Shown here one piece after another: positions 1-7,881 of a DNA stretch of 64,000 nucleotides. Position numbers and translations under genes: made by a program. The notes under the pieces are model-generated. The model worked only from the letters and a program-made list of their open reading frames with translations. It had not been told where the DNA came from and did no database searches. The stretch lies in contig NZ_CANPWG010000065.1 in the NCBI RefSeq assembly GCF_947581915.1, forward strand, positions 161,181-225,180, in the 5' to 3' direction. This DNA comes from Candidatus Palauibacter scopulicola. GTDB lineage: Bacteria; Gemmatimonadota; Gemmatimonadetes; Palauibacterales; Palauibacteraceae. The stretch's first letter is position 1. Each line of letters starts with the position of its first letter.

Positions 1-294
1 GTGAGCCACTCCGCCGAATCGCACCCGAGCACGCGCCTCTACATCGCCGTCGCGGTGATCCTCGCCGCGCTGACGGCGCTCGAGGTAATGGTGTTCTACA
101 TCGAGGCGCTCGCGCCGGTGCTCATCCCGATCCTGCTCGTGATGATGGCGGCGAAATTCGCGCTCGTCGCAATGTTCTTCATGCACCTGAAGTCCGACGG
201 CCCGGTCCTCACCTCGATCTTCGCCTGGGGGGCGTTCATCGCCACGGCCATCGTCGTCGCACTGATGGCGATCTACGGCAAGTTCGGCGCCTAG
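1..294 (+). CDS. cytochrome c oxidase subunit IV (prokaryotic caa3-type small subunit family)
   Basis: 97-aa protein with two TM helices and the HPS..LY / ALT..EV / KFxLVxxFFMHLK pattern typical of the bacterial COX4_pro family. The GTG at position 1 coincides with the window edge, so the true 5' end could lie upstream. Confidence 0.55.
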   Translation: MSHSAESHPSTRLYIAVAVILAALTALEVMVFYIEALAPVLIPILLVMMAAKFALVAMFFMHLKSDGPVLTSIFAWGAFIATAIVVALMAIYGKFGA

Positions 295-312
295 CCTCGG
301 CCTGCTGGACCG

Positions 313-1116
313 TCAGCGGGACGGGGTGGCGGAGAGTGCGTAGAGAAAGAGGTTCACGCCCATTCTGATCGCGGACTCCCGTACTTCGGGTGCGTCCCCG
401 TGTACGCCCTCATCCTCCCAGCCGTCCCCCAGGTCGGATTCGAAGCTGTAGAAGACCGCGAGCCGGCCATCGAGGAAGATGCCGAACCCCTGGGCGGGAT
501 TCCCGTCGTGTTCGTGGACCTTGGGCAGGCCGTCCGGCATCTCGTAGAAGACCCGGTAGATGCTGTGCTCGAGCGGTACCTCGGCGAGCGGCGTGTCCGG
601 GAAGAGGCGAGCGATCTCCCGGCGAAAGGACTCGTCCAGGCCGTAGTTGTCGTCCACGTGCAGGAAGCCGCCCCCGTACAGGTAGGCACGCAGGCGTTCG
701 ACCTCGAGGGCGGTGAAGGACATGTTGCCGTGTCCGGTCGCGTACAGGTACGGATGGTCGGCGAGGTCGGGATCGGCGGCGCCGACTTCCGCGGGCCGGT
801 CGGCGACCGGAACCCCGGTCCGAAGCCGGATCTGCTCGAGGAGGTTGTCGAGGCTCGAGGGGTTCGCGTACCAGTCGCCCCCGCCGTCGTAGCGCAGCCG
901 CGCGATCGTCGGTGGCTCCGTCCCCCGCGAGCCGTCCGGCGGCTGGCCGGCGAGGCTCGGACAGGAGCCGAGCGCGGCCAATGCGGCAGCGGCGACCGTG
1001 ACGAAGCCGATCACCATCTGCGGCGTGCGGTCGCCGCGCCGCTGCGTGGCCCGGCAGTGCGGACAGATTTTCGTCGCGTCCGGCACGTTGCACCGGCAGC
1101 GCCGGCACGGCTTCAT
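313..1116 (-). CDS. DUF4159 domain protein with N-terminal C4 zinc ribbon and one TM helix
   Basis: The ORF-track protein contains MKPCRRCRCNVPDATKICPHCRAT (zinc ribbon), then a TM segment (MVIGFVTVAAAALAALG), then a DUF4159-like body (GNMSFTALEVERLRAYLYGGGFLHVDDNYGLD). Start chosen at the internal ATG at 1116, which is preceded by GGAGGAG at a 6-nt spacing. The longer 313..1284 ORF N-terminus is Arg-rich and looks like out-of-frame junk. Confidence 0.7.
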   Translation of the reverse strand: MKPCRRCRCNVPDATKICPHCRATQRRGDRTPQMVIGFVTVAAAALAALGSCPSLAGQPPDGSRGTEPPTIARLRYDGGGDWYANPSSLDNLLEQIRLRTGVPVADRPAEVGAADPDLADHPYLYATGHGNMSFTALEVERLRAYLYGGGFLHVDDNYGLDESFRREIARLFPDTPLAEVPLEHSIYRVFYEMPDGLPKVHEHDGNPAQGFGIFLDGRLAVFYSFESDLGDGWEDEGVHGDAPEVRESAIRMGVNLFLYALSATPSR

Positions 1117-1297
1117 ACGAACTCCTCCGCCAGGGCTCGACCTGGGTTCATCTTGGCGCCTCGGTCGCATGGCGCGGCACTTCGGCCGCGTGGTGTCCCA
1201 CCCGTAGATTATCGGTTCGCGCGGTCCAGGGCGAAGGCTTAGGATGTGCCGCGCGACGGGCCGCTTTCCGGCCTGCCGGACCACGAGGACCTGGACG

Positions 1298-2437
1298 ATG
1301 CGTCGATACTCGGCCTACGACCCCCCTGAGTACGTCTCCTGGCAGCCGGACCCCGAACTCCTGGAGGAGTACAGGTCGCGCATCCGGGCGGACGACGCCC
1401 GCGCGCGCGAGATCGCCGTGTTGCCTCCCGCCGCGCACATCGCGCTGTACCGCGGACTCCTCCGCTTCCGCCTCAGCGACATCGCCCTCACGCGGTGGGT
1501 GAAACAGGGCGTGATCTCGAAGGCGTGGCTCGGGACCGGCGAGGAAGCCGTGACCGTGGGGGCCGTGAACGCGCTCGACCGCCGCGGTCCCGACGGAGAC
1601 ATCGTCGGGCCCATGATCCGCAACCAGGGCGCGAACCACGAGATGGGCATGCCGATGGCGGAGGTGTTTCGCACCTACCTCGGGACGGCGGACGCCCCCG
1701 CGGGGGGACGCGATCTGCACCTCGGAGACCTGCGCTACGGCGTGTGTCCGCCCATCAGCATGGTCGCGACGCTGTCGACGGTCATGAACGGGTTCGCCCT
1801 CGCCTTCCGGATCCGCGGAGAACCGCGGGTGGCCCTGACCTGGGTCGGGGACGGCGCGACGAAACACGGCGAGGCGCACGAGGCGTTCGCCTTCGCGGCT
1901 TCGCTCGGGCTGCCGATCGTCTTCATCATCCAGAACAACCAGGTGGCGCTGGGGACGCGGCTGGACCAGCACCATGTGCCGCCCGACTTCTCGGACTGGG
2001 GGGCGGCGTACGGGATTCCCTCCGAATCGGTCGACGGGAACCATGTGCTGGAGGTCTATGCGGCCACGCGGGTGGCGGCCGAACGCTGCCGGCGGGGGGA
2101 GGGGCCGCAACTCCTCGAGGCGCGCACCTTCCGCATGGGAGGGCACGCGACGCACGACGTGCGCGAGGCCCGGGCCACCTTCTCCAGCGAGCTGTTCCGA
2201 TACTGGGGACGGCGGGATCCGATCGGGCTCTATGAAGAGTACCTGGCGGAGGTCGACCTCGGAGTCGCCGGCGCCGGAAACCTGCGGGAGCGGAACCTCC
2301 GCAAGCTCGCATCGGTGGAGCGGGAAGTGGAGGCGGAGATCGAGCAGGCCGCGGGCGAGGCGCTGGCGAGCCGCGAGATGGCCGTGCCGCGCGGCGAAAC
2401 GGTGACGCACGGCGTGTACGGAGGGGGGGCGGCATGA
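1298..2437 (+). CDS. thiamine-diphosphate-dependent 2-oxoacid dehydrogenase E1 component alpha subunit (pyruvate/acetoin/branched-chain E1-alpha family)
   Basis: TPP-binding E1-alpha signature (GTGEEAVTVGAV..., MGGHATHDV, FIIQNNQVALGT). Start taken at ATG 1298 (MRRYSAYDPP). No E1-beta gene follows. Confidence 0.8.
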   Translation: MRRYSAYDPPEYVSWQPDPELLEEYRSRIRADDARAREIAVLPPAAHIALYRGLLRFRLSDIALTRWVKQGVISKAWLGTGEEAVTVGAVNALDRRGPDGDIVGPMIRNQGANHEMGMPMAEVFRTYLGTADAPAGGRDLHLGDLRYGVCPPISMVATLSTVMNGFALAFRIRGEPRVALTWVGDGATKHGEAHEAFAFAASLGLPIVFIIQNNQVALGTRLDQHHVPPDFSDWGAAYGIPSESVDGNHVLEVYAATRVAAERCRRGEGPQLLEARTFRMGGHATHDVREARATFSSELFRYWGRRDPIGLYEEYLAEVDLGVAGAGNLRERNLRKLASVEREVEAEIEQAAGEALASREMAVPRGETVTHGVYGGGAA

Positions 2438-2892
2438 CGGACGGTGGCGCCCGCCCGCGGCGGTCGGGCCGGATCGGTGGCGCAGCGTGGACGTTGTACG
2501 ACGCGGGCCGGGCGCCATCCGGCCTCGGTCTCGGCTACTTCGTTTGCGACGACCCGCAGGCGGCGGACCGGCGGGCGGCGCTTCCCGCCGGGCAGGCCCT
2601 CGCGGATCTCGACGATGACGCCTTCCGCGCGTTGTGGGAGGCGGGTCGACCGCTCACGGCGACTGAACGCCGGGTCGTCGACGGGAGCGGAGCGATCTGG
2701 CTCGCCCAGGGCATGGGACCGGTCTGGGCCGAGGGCGGGAGCGCGGCGGGTACCACGGGCCTTCGCCTGCGCTGCGTCAGCGCTCATCGCCCCGTGGTGG
2801 AACTGAACGGCGCCACGCTCTCCGGGACGTCGGACGCGGAACTGATCGCGCGCATCGGCGCGCCCGAAGGAGTCGCGCCATCCTCCGACTGA
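2434..2892 (+). CDS. hypothetical protein (152 aa)
   Basis: ORF whose ATG overlaps the stop of the upstream gene (ATGA). No recognisable motifs. Kept only because it fills a 450-nt gap and has non-junk composition. Confidence 0.3.
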   Translation: MTDGGARPRRSGRIGGAAWTLYDAGRAPSGLGLGYFVCDDPQAADRRAALPAGQALADLDDDAFRALWEAGRPLTATERRVVDGSGAIWLAQGMGPVWAEGGSAAGTTGLRLRCVSAHRPVVELNGATLSGTSDAELIARIGAPEGVAPSSD

Positions 2893-3818
2893 CGTTTCTC
2901 GGAACGGCTTCTTCGCGGCCGACGGTGTCGCGGAACGTTTCGTCGCTCGCGCTGAAGCGGGAAGGGCGGCTGTTTCTCCTCGACTGCGGCGAGGGAACGC
3001 AGCGGCAGATGATGCGCTACGGGGTGGGTTTCTCCCTCGGAGACATCCTCATCACGCACCTCCACTCCGACCATTACCTCGGGCTGCCGGGTCTGCTTCG
3101 CACGATGAGCCTCCAGGGGCGCGAGGAACCGCTCCGGATCTGGGCGCCAGGCGGGGCGGGCGAGACGCTCCGCGCGCTCCGGGATCTGGGAGGGGATCGC
3201 CTGGCGTTCGAGGCGACCGTGCACGAACTCCGGGCGGGTGAAGCGGTCGAAGGGGAGGGATTCCGAGTGGAGGCGTTCGCGACCGAGCACACGCGGCGCT
3301 CGCTCGGATACGCCCTCATCGAGGATGATCGCCCCGGGAGGTTCGATGTGGCGGCGGCCCGCGAACTGGGCGTCCCGGAAGGCCCGCTCTTCGGTCGGCT
3401 CCACCGCGGCGAGAGCGTGGATCTCGAGGACGGCCGCCGCGTGCGCCCCGCGGAACTCGTGGGTCCTCCGCGGCCGGGCAGGAAGGTTGTGTACACGGGG
3501 GATACGCGTCCCTGTCCCGAAACGGTTCGGATCTCGCACGGCGCCGATCTCCTCGTGCACGAGGCGACGTTCACGGAGGAGGAACGGGGTCGGGCGCGGG
3601 ACACCGGCCACTCCACCGCCGCGGATGCGGCCCGGGTCGCGCGCGAGGCGGGGGTGCGGCGGCTCGTGCTGACGCACGTCAGCGCCCGCTACGCCGAACG
3701 GCCGGCGCAACTGCTCGAGGAGGCGCGCGCCCTCTTCGCCCGGGTGGAACTCGCGCGCGACGGCTGGTCCACCGAGGTCTCCTTCGATGACGCGGACGCG
3801 GGGGATCCCGAGCCTTGA
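2889..3818 (+). CDS. rnz: ribonuclease Z (tRNA 3'-processing endonuclease, MBL fold)
   Basis: HxHxDH motif (ITHLHSDHYLGLPGLL), the C-terminal LTHVSARY/HSTAADAA motifs and ~300 aa length. The conserved RNase Z N-terminus (L)TFLGTASSRPTVSRNVSSLAL is encoded in-frame upstream of the first canonical start (GTG 2925). The 5' end is therefore placed at CTG 2889 (an ATC at 2880 is the alternative); see findings. Confidence 0.85.
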   Translation: MTFLGTASSRPTVSRNVSSLALKREGRLFLLDCGEGTQRQMMRYGVGFSLGDILITHLHSDHYLGLPGLLRTMSLQGREEPLRIWAPGGAGETLRALRDLGGDRLAFEATVHELRAGEAVEGEGFRVEAFATEHTRRSLGYALIEDDRPGRFDVAAARELGVPEGPLFGRLHRGESVDLEDGRRVRPAELVGPPRPGRKVVYTGDTRPCPETVRISHGADLLVHEATFTEEERGRARDTGHSTAADAARVAREAGVRRLVLTHVSARYAERPAQLLEEARALFARVELARDGWSTEVSFDDADAGDPEP

Positions 3819-5794
3819 TCCGCGTGCGCGTACCCGGGGACAAGTCGATCTCCCACCGCGCCGCGCTTATCGCGCCCCTCGCCTCGTCGCCATCCGTCGT
3901 CCGCGGCCTTTCGGACGGCGTCGACGTGCGGGCCAGCGTGCGGGCGATGCAGCGGCTCGGCGCCGCCGTCGAGTGCACGGACGAAGAGCGCGGTCTCACG
4001 ATCCGTTGCGCGGGCGGCGGGCTCGAGTTCGGCCTGGCTCCGCGGCTCGACTGCGGGAACAGCGGGACGACGGCACGCCTGCTCGCCGGGATCCTGGCGG
4101 GTTCCGGCGCCGCGGCGGTCCTGGATGGCGATCCATCGCTTCGCAGCCGACCCATGCGCCGCGTCATCTATCCGCTGCAGGCCATGGGGGCGCGGATCGA
4201 GTACGACGGAGAGCCGGAGCGGCTCCCGGTGCGGCTCCACGGGCGAGCCACGGGGGCCCTGCGGACGCTGCGGCACCGCGGCAGGGTCGCCAGCGCCCAG
4301 GTCAAGTCGGCCGTGCTGCTGGCCGGTGTGCTGGGCCGCGTGCGGGTCGAGGTCAGCGAGCCCGCCCTCTCCCGCGATCACACCGAACGCATGCTCGCGG
4401 CGATGGGCGTGCCGATCGCGTTCGATCCGGAGCGGATGGGAGCGGGAGAGGTGCGCTTCGACCCATCCGGCTGGGAAGGCGGGCTCGAGGGGCTCCGCAT
4501 GACCGTGCCCGGCGACCCCTCCTCGGCCGCCTTCCTGATCGGAGCGTCGCTCCTAGGCGGCCGCGCGGTGCGGGTGGAAGCCGTGGCGGCCAACGCCGGG
4601 CGCATCGGGTTTCTCTCCGTGCTCGAGGAGATGGGGGCGCGGGTCGACCGGGACCCCGAGCCGGCCCAGGCGGACGAACCGCTGGAAACGTGGACCGTCC
4701 ATCCTCCGGACGGTCTGCGGGCGTTCTCGATCGGCGGCGACCTGATCCCGCGGGTGGTCGACGAGATTCCGCTCCTCGCCGTCCTCGCCGCCCGGGCGCG
4801 GGGTCGTTCCGAGATCCGCGATGCCGCCGAGTTGCGCGTGAAGGAGAGCGACCGCCTCGCCGTGCTGGCCCGGACGCTCGGGAGGCTCGGGGTCGTCGTG
4901 GAGGAAAGGGCGGATGGGCTCACGATCCGGGGCCGCGCCGGACGGTTGCGCGGCGACGTCGAGACCCGCGGCGACCACCGGATCGCCATGGCGTTCGGAG
5001 TCCTCGACGCGGCGGGAGACGCCGACCTGCGGATCGACGACCGCGCATGCGTGGACGTCTCGTATCCGGGCTTCTGGGAGGCGATCGAGCCGTTTCGCCG
5101 CAGGGGCCGCCGAGCGCGTTCCCCCCGGACGGGACGAGTGATCGCGGTGGACGGGCCCGCCGCCTCCGGCAAGAGCAGCACCGCCCGGAGCGTGGCCCGG
5201 AGACTCGGCTTTGTGCATGTGAACTCCGGGCTGCTCTACCGGGCGATCACCCGGTGGGCCCTCGACCGGGGCATCGCCGAAGACGGCCCGTCGATCGAGG
5301 CGGCCGCGCCCGGGCTGGAGATCGATCTCGTCCCCGCGGGCGATGGATTCGACGTATCCGTGGAGGGAACCCGCCCCGGCCCGGGTCTCGAAACGCCCGA
5401 GGTGACCGCGCGGGTGTCGGCCGTTTCCATGCTTCCGGCGGTTCGGGAGGTCGTGCTGGAGCGGCTGCGCCGGGCGGGCCGCCGGCACGACATCGTCTGC
5501 GACGGACGCGACATCGGTACGGCGGTCTTCCCCGGCGCGGACCTGAAGGTCTTTCTCGTCGCGGAGGCCCGTGAGAGGGCGCGCCGTCGACTGCGCCAGC
5601 GTGGCGCCCCCCTGACGGACGATGAGGTCGAGCGCGAGACCCGGCGTCTCGATGCACGCGACCGGCTGGATCGTTCGCGTCCGCTGTCCCCGCTGCGGCG
5701 AGCGTCCGACGCCATCGAGATCGATACGACCTCCATGTCCCCGAAACGGGTCGTGGATGCGATCCTCGAGCTTGCGGCCGCCGCTTTCCGTTGA
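3815..5794 (+). CDS. aroA: bifunctional 3-phosphoshikimate 1-carboxyvinyltransferase (EPSP synthase) / cytidylate kinase fusion
   Basis: The N-terminal ~430 aa are AroA-like (VPGDKSISHRAALIA..., LDCGNSGTTARLLAG, RVKESDRL). The C-terminal ~220 aa are Cmk-like (VIAVDGPAASGKSSTARSVARRLGFVHVNSGLLYRA). It is a single 659-aa ORF with a TTG start overlapping the rnz stop (TTGA). Confidence 0.85.
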   Translation: MIRVRVPGDKSISHRAALIAPLASSPSVVRGLSDGVDVRASVRAMQRLGAAVECTDEERGLTIRCAGGGLEFGLAPRLDCGNSGTTARLLAGILAGSGAAAVLDGDPSLRSRPMRRVIYPLQAMGARIEYDGEPERLPVRLHGRATGALRTLRHRGRVASAQVKSAVLLAGVLGRVRVEVSEPALSRDHTERMLAAMGVPIAFDPERMGAGEVRFDPSGWEGGLEGLRMTVPGDPSSAAFLIGASLLGGRAVRVEAVAANAGRIGFLSVLEEMGARVDRDPEPAQADEPLETWTVHPPDGLRAFSIGGDLIPRVVDEIPLLAVLAARARGRSEIRDAAELRVKESDRLAVLARTLGRLGVVVEERADGLTIRGRAGRLRGDVETRGDHRIAMAFGVLDAAGDADLRIDDRACVDVSYPGFWEAIEPFRRRGRRARSPRTGRVIAVDGPAASGKSSTARSVARRLGFVHVNSGLLYRAITRWALDRGIAEDGPSIEAAAPGLEIDLVPAGDGFDVSVEGTRPGPGLETPEVTARVSAVSMLPAVREVVLERLRRAGRRHDIVCDGRDIGTAVFPGADLKVFLVAEARERARRRLRQRGAPLTDDEVERETRRLDARDRLDRSRPLSPLRRASDAIEIDTTSMSPKRVVDAILELAAAAFR

Positions 5795-5819
5795 CGCTTT
5801 CGCGGCCCGAATCTAAGTT
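5791..5819 (+). promoter_or_regulatory. putative sigma70-like promoter for rpsA (TTGACG, 17 bp spacer, TAAGTT)
   Basis: -35 TTGACG at 5791-5796 (overlapping the cmk stop), a 17-nt spacer, then -10 TAAGTT at 5814-5819. This lies about 185 nt upstream of the rpsA ATG and is consistent with a long S1 leader. Confidence 0.3.
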
Positions 5820-6003
5820 GGCTTACTGTTCGAGGACCGGTGGCGGAAAAAGTGGCGCTCCGCCCCGGATCCTGTGGAGACCCGACACCAGGGGATCGGC
5901 CGGCGGCTGGGCGGAGATGGTGAAGCTCGGTTGAGGTCGATTCTTTTTTGCCACGAGGCCCGGCGGGACGCACGGTTGGCCCCGCGCGGGAACTTGATTC
6001 CCT

Positions 6004-7881
6004 ATGCCCGACGACACGAACCCTCAGACCGACGTCCCCGAGACCGACACCCCCGAGGAGATGGAAGCGGTGACGGAAGTCGCCGACTCCGCTCCGGACG
6101 ACGCGGAGGTCGCCGTTGCGGCCCCGGTCGCCTTCGAGCCGAGTGCCATCGACCTGGATCTCGACGCCGACCCCCGGGACGACTCGCAGCACGACCAGGC
6201 GGAGTACGCCGAACTCTACGCGCTCTACGAGGACACGCTCAGCCGCATCACGGAAGGCGAGATCGTCTCGGCGCAGGTCATCGGAAAGACCGAGACGGAC
6301 ATCATCCTCGACGTCGGCTTCAAGTCCGAAGGGGCCGTCCCGCTCGAAGAGTTCTCGGATCCGGACGAAGTTCAACTGGGCGACTCCGTCGATGTTCTCC
6401 TCGAGAGCCTCGAGGATGAGGAAGGCGTCGTCGTCCTGTCGAAGAAGAAGGCGGATTTCCTCCGCGTCTGGGAGAAGATCAAGGATGCCTTCGACAACGA
6501 CCGACCCGTGCAGGGGCGCATCAAGCGGAAGATCAAGGGTGGCGTGACGGTCGACCTCATGGGGGTCGACGCTTTCCTCCCGGGGTCGCAGATCGCGCTT
6601 CGCCGCGTGCCCAACGTCGACGACCTGCTGGGCGACGAGTACGACTTCAAGATCCTCAAGCTCAACAAGCGCCGCCGGAACATCGTGGTGAGCCGTCGCG
6701 TCCTTCTCGAGGAGGAGCGGGCAGGGAAGCGCGAGGAGCTGAAGAAGGAGCTGTCGGTGGGCGATGTGCGCCCCGGGATCGTCAAGAACATCACGGACTT
6801 CGGCGCTTTCATCGACCTGGGCGGCATGGACGGCCTCCTCCACATCACCGACATGTCCTGGGGGCGCATCGGCCATCCCTCGGAAGTCTGCGAGATCGGC
6901 CAGTCGCTCGAGATCAAGATCCTCGACATCGACTGGGATCGGGAGAGAATCTCGCTCGGTCTGAAGCAGCTTCAGGAGTACCCCTGGAAGAACGTGGCCG
7001 AGAAATACCCGGTCGGAATACGCGTGCTGGGCCGCGTCGTCTCGATCACGAACTACGGCGCCTTCATCGAACTCGAGCGCGGGATCGAGGGTCTCGTCCA
7101 CATCTCCGAGATGTCGTGGACCCGCAACGTCCGCCATCCTTCGCAACTGGTGGGCATCAACGACAAGGTCGAATGCGTCGTGCTGCGCGTCGATGAGGAG
7201 GCGCAGAAGATCTCGCTCGGGATGAAGCAGGTGGAGGAGGACCCGTGGCTGGCGCTCCCGGCGCAGTACCCGCCGGGGACGAAGATCCGCGGACTCGTGC
7301 GCAACCTCACGTCCTTCGGGGCCTTCGTGGAGGTCGAGGCGGGCATCGACGGTCTCGTACATATCTCCGACATGAGCTGGACCCGGCGGGTGCAGCATCC
7401 GGCGGAGGTGCTTCGCAAGGGGGAGGAGGTCGATGTCGTCGTGCTATCGATCGATCCCGACCAGAAGCGGATCTCCCTCGGTTTGAAGCAGGTGCAGGAA
7501 GACCCCTGGTATCAGCTCGCGCAGGCTTACCAGCCGGGACGGGAGGTGGCCGGCTCGATCACGCGGTTGCTCGAGAAGGGCGTCGTCGTGGACCTCGGGA
7601 GCGATCTCGAAGGGTTCGTGCCGATCTCGCAACTCGGTGTGGAAGCGCCGATCGCCGAGCCCGCCGACCACTTCGACGAGGGTCATCGGTTGGATCTGCG
7701 CGTACTCGAGACGGATCCGATCAACCGCCGCATCGTCCTCGCCGTCGTGGACGCGCCCGATGTTCCGTACGACGCCGAGGAGGTGGAGTACGAGAACATG
7801 GCGGCGTCGAAGTCCGGTTCCGCGGCGGACGACACGGACGAGGGGGAGCAGTCCGATTCCGGTGGTGAGGCAGGGGAGTAG
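6004..7881 (+). CDS. rpsA: 30S ribosomal protein S1
   Basis: Repeated S1 domains (VxGxVxxIxxFGAFVxL..GLLHISEMSW), 625 aa with an acidic N- and C-terminus. It sits downstream of cmk, as in the classical cmk-rpsA arrangement. Confidence 0.95.
   Translation: MPDDTNPQTDVPETDTPEEMEAVTEVADSAPDDAEVAVAAPVAFEPSAIDLDLDADPRDDSQHDQAEYAELYALYEDTLSRITEGEIVSAQVIGKTETDIILDVGFKSEGAVPLEEFSDPDEVQLGDSVDVLLESLEDEEGVVVLSKKKADFLRVWEKIKDAFDNDRPVQGRIKRKIKGGVTVDLMGVDAFLPGSQIALRRVPNVDDLLGDEYDFKILKLNKRRRNIVVSRRVLLEEERAGKREELKKELSVGDVRPGIVKNITDFGAFIDLGGMDGLLHITDMSWGRIGHPSEVCEIGQSLEIKILDIDWDRERISLGLKQLQEYPWKNVAEKYPVGIRVLGRVVSITNYGAFIELERGIEGLVHISEMSWTRNVRHPSQLVGINDKVECVVLRVDEEAQKISLGMKQVEEDPWLALPAQYPPGTKIRGLVRNLTSFGAFVEVEAGIDGLVHISDMSWTRRVQHPAEVLRKGEEVDVVVLSIDPDQKRISLGLKQVQEDPWYQLAQAYQPGREVAGSITRLLEKGVVVDLGSDLEGFVPISQLGVEAPIAEPADHFDEGHRLDLRVLETDPINRRIVLAVVDAPDVPYDAEEVEYENMAASKSGSAADDTDEGEQSDSGGEAGE

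Noticed and set aside
2444-2806. 120-aa Arg-rich ORF overlapping the hypothetical gene 2434-2892 in another frame, plus similar 60-150-aa Arg/Pro-rich ORFs throughout (e.g. 390-716, 1495-2235, 10293-11375, 11416-11934, 18398-19477, 23107-23637).
   Set aside because: Composition-driven alternative-frame ORFs inside real genes, with no motifs and no independent start/stop context.
5236-7398. 720-aa ORF on the – strand opposite rpsA. Similar long antisense ORFs: 1148-2518, 9412-11409, 12863-15016, 15151-16821, 18609-19952, 19973-21955, 29605-31446, 46684-48042, 48138-50222 and 61516-63534.
   Set aside because: All lie antisense to strongly conserved genes, are Arg/Pro/Gly-rich low-complexity sequences with no recognisable motifs, and are the expected stop-codon-poor shadow frames of ~70% GC DNA.
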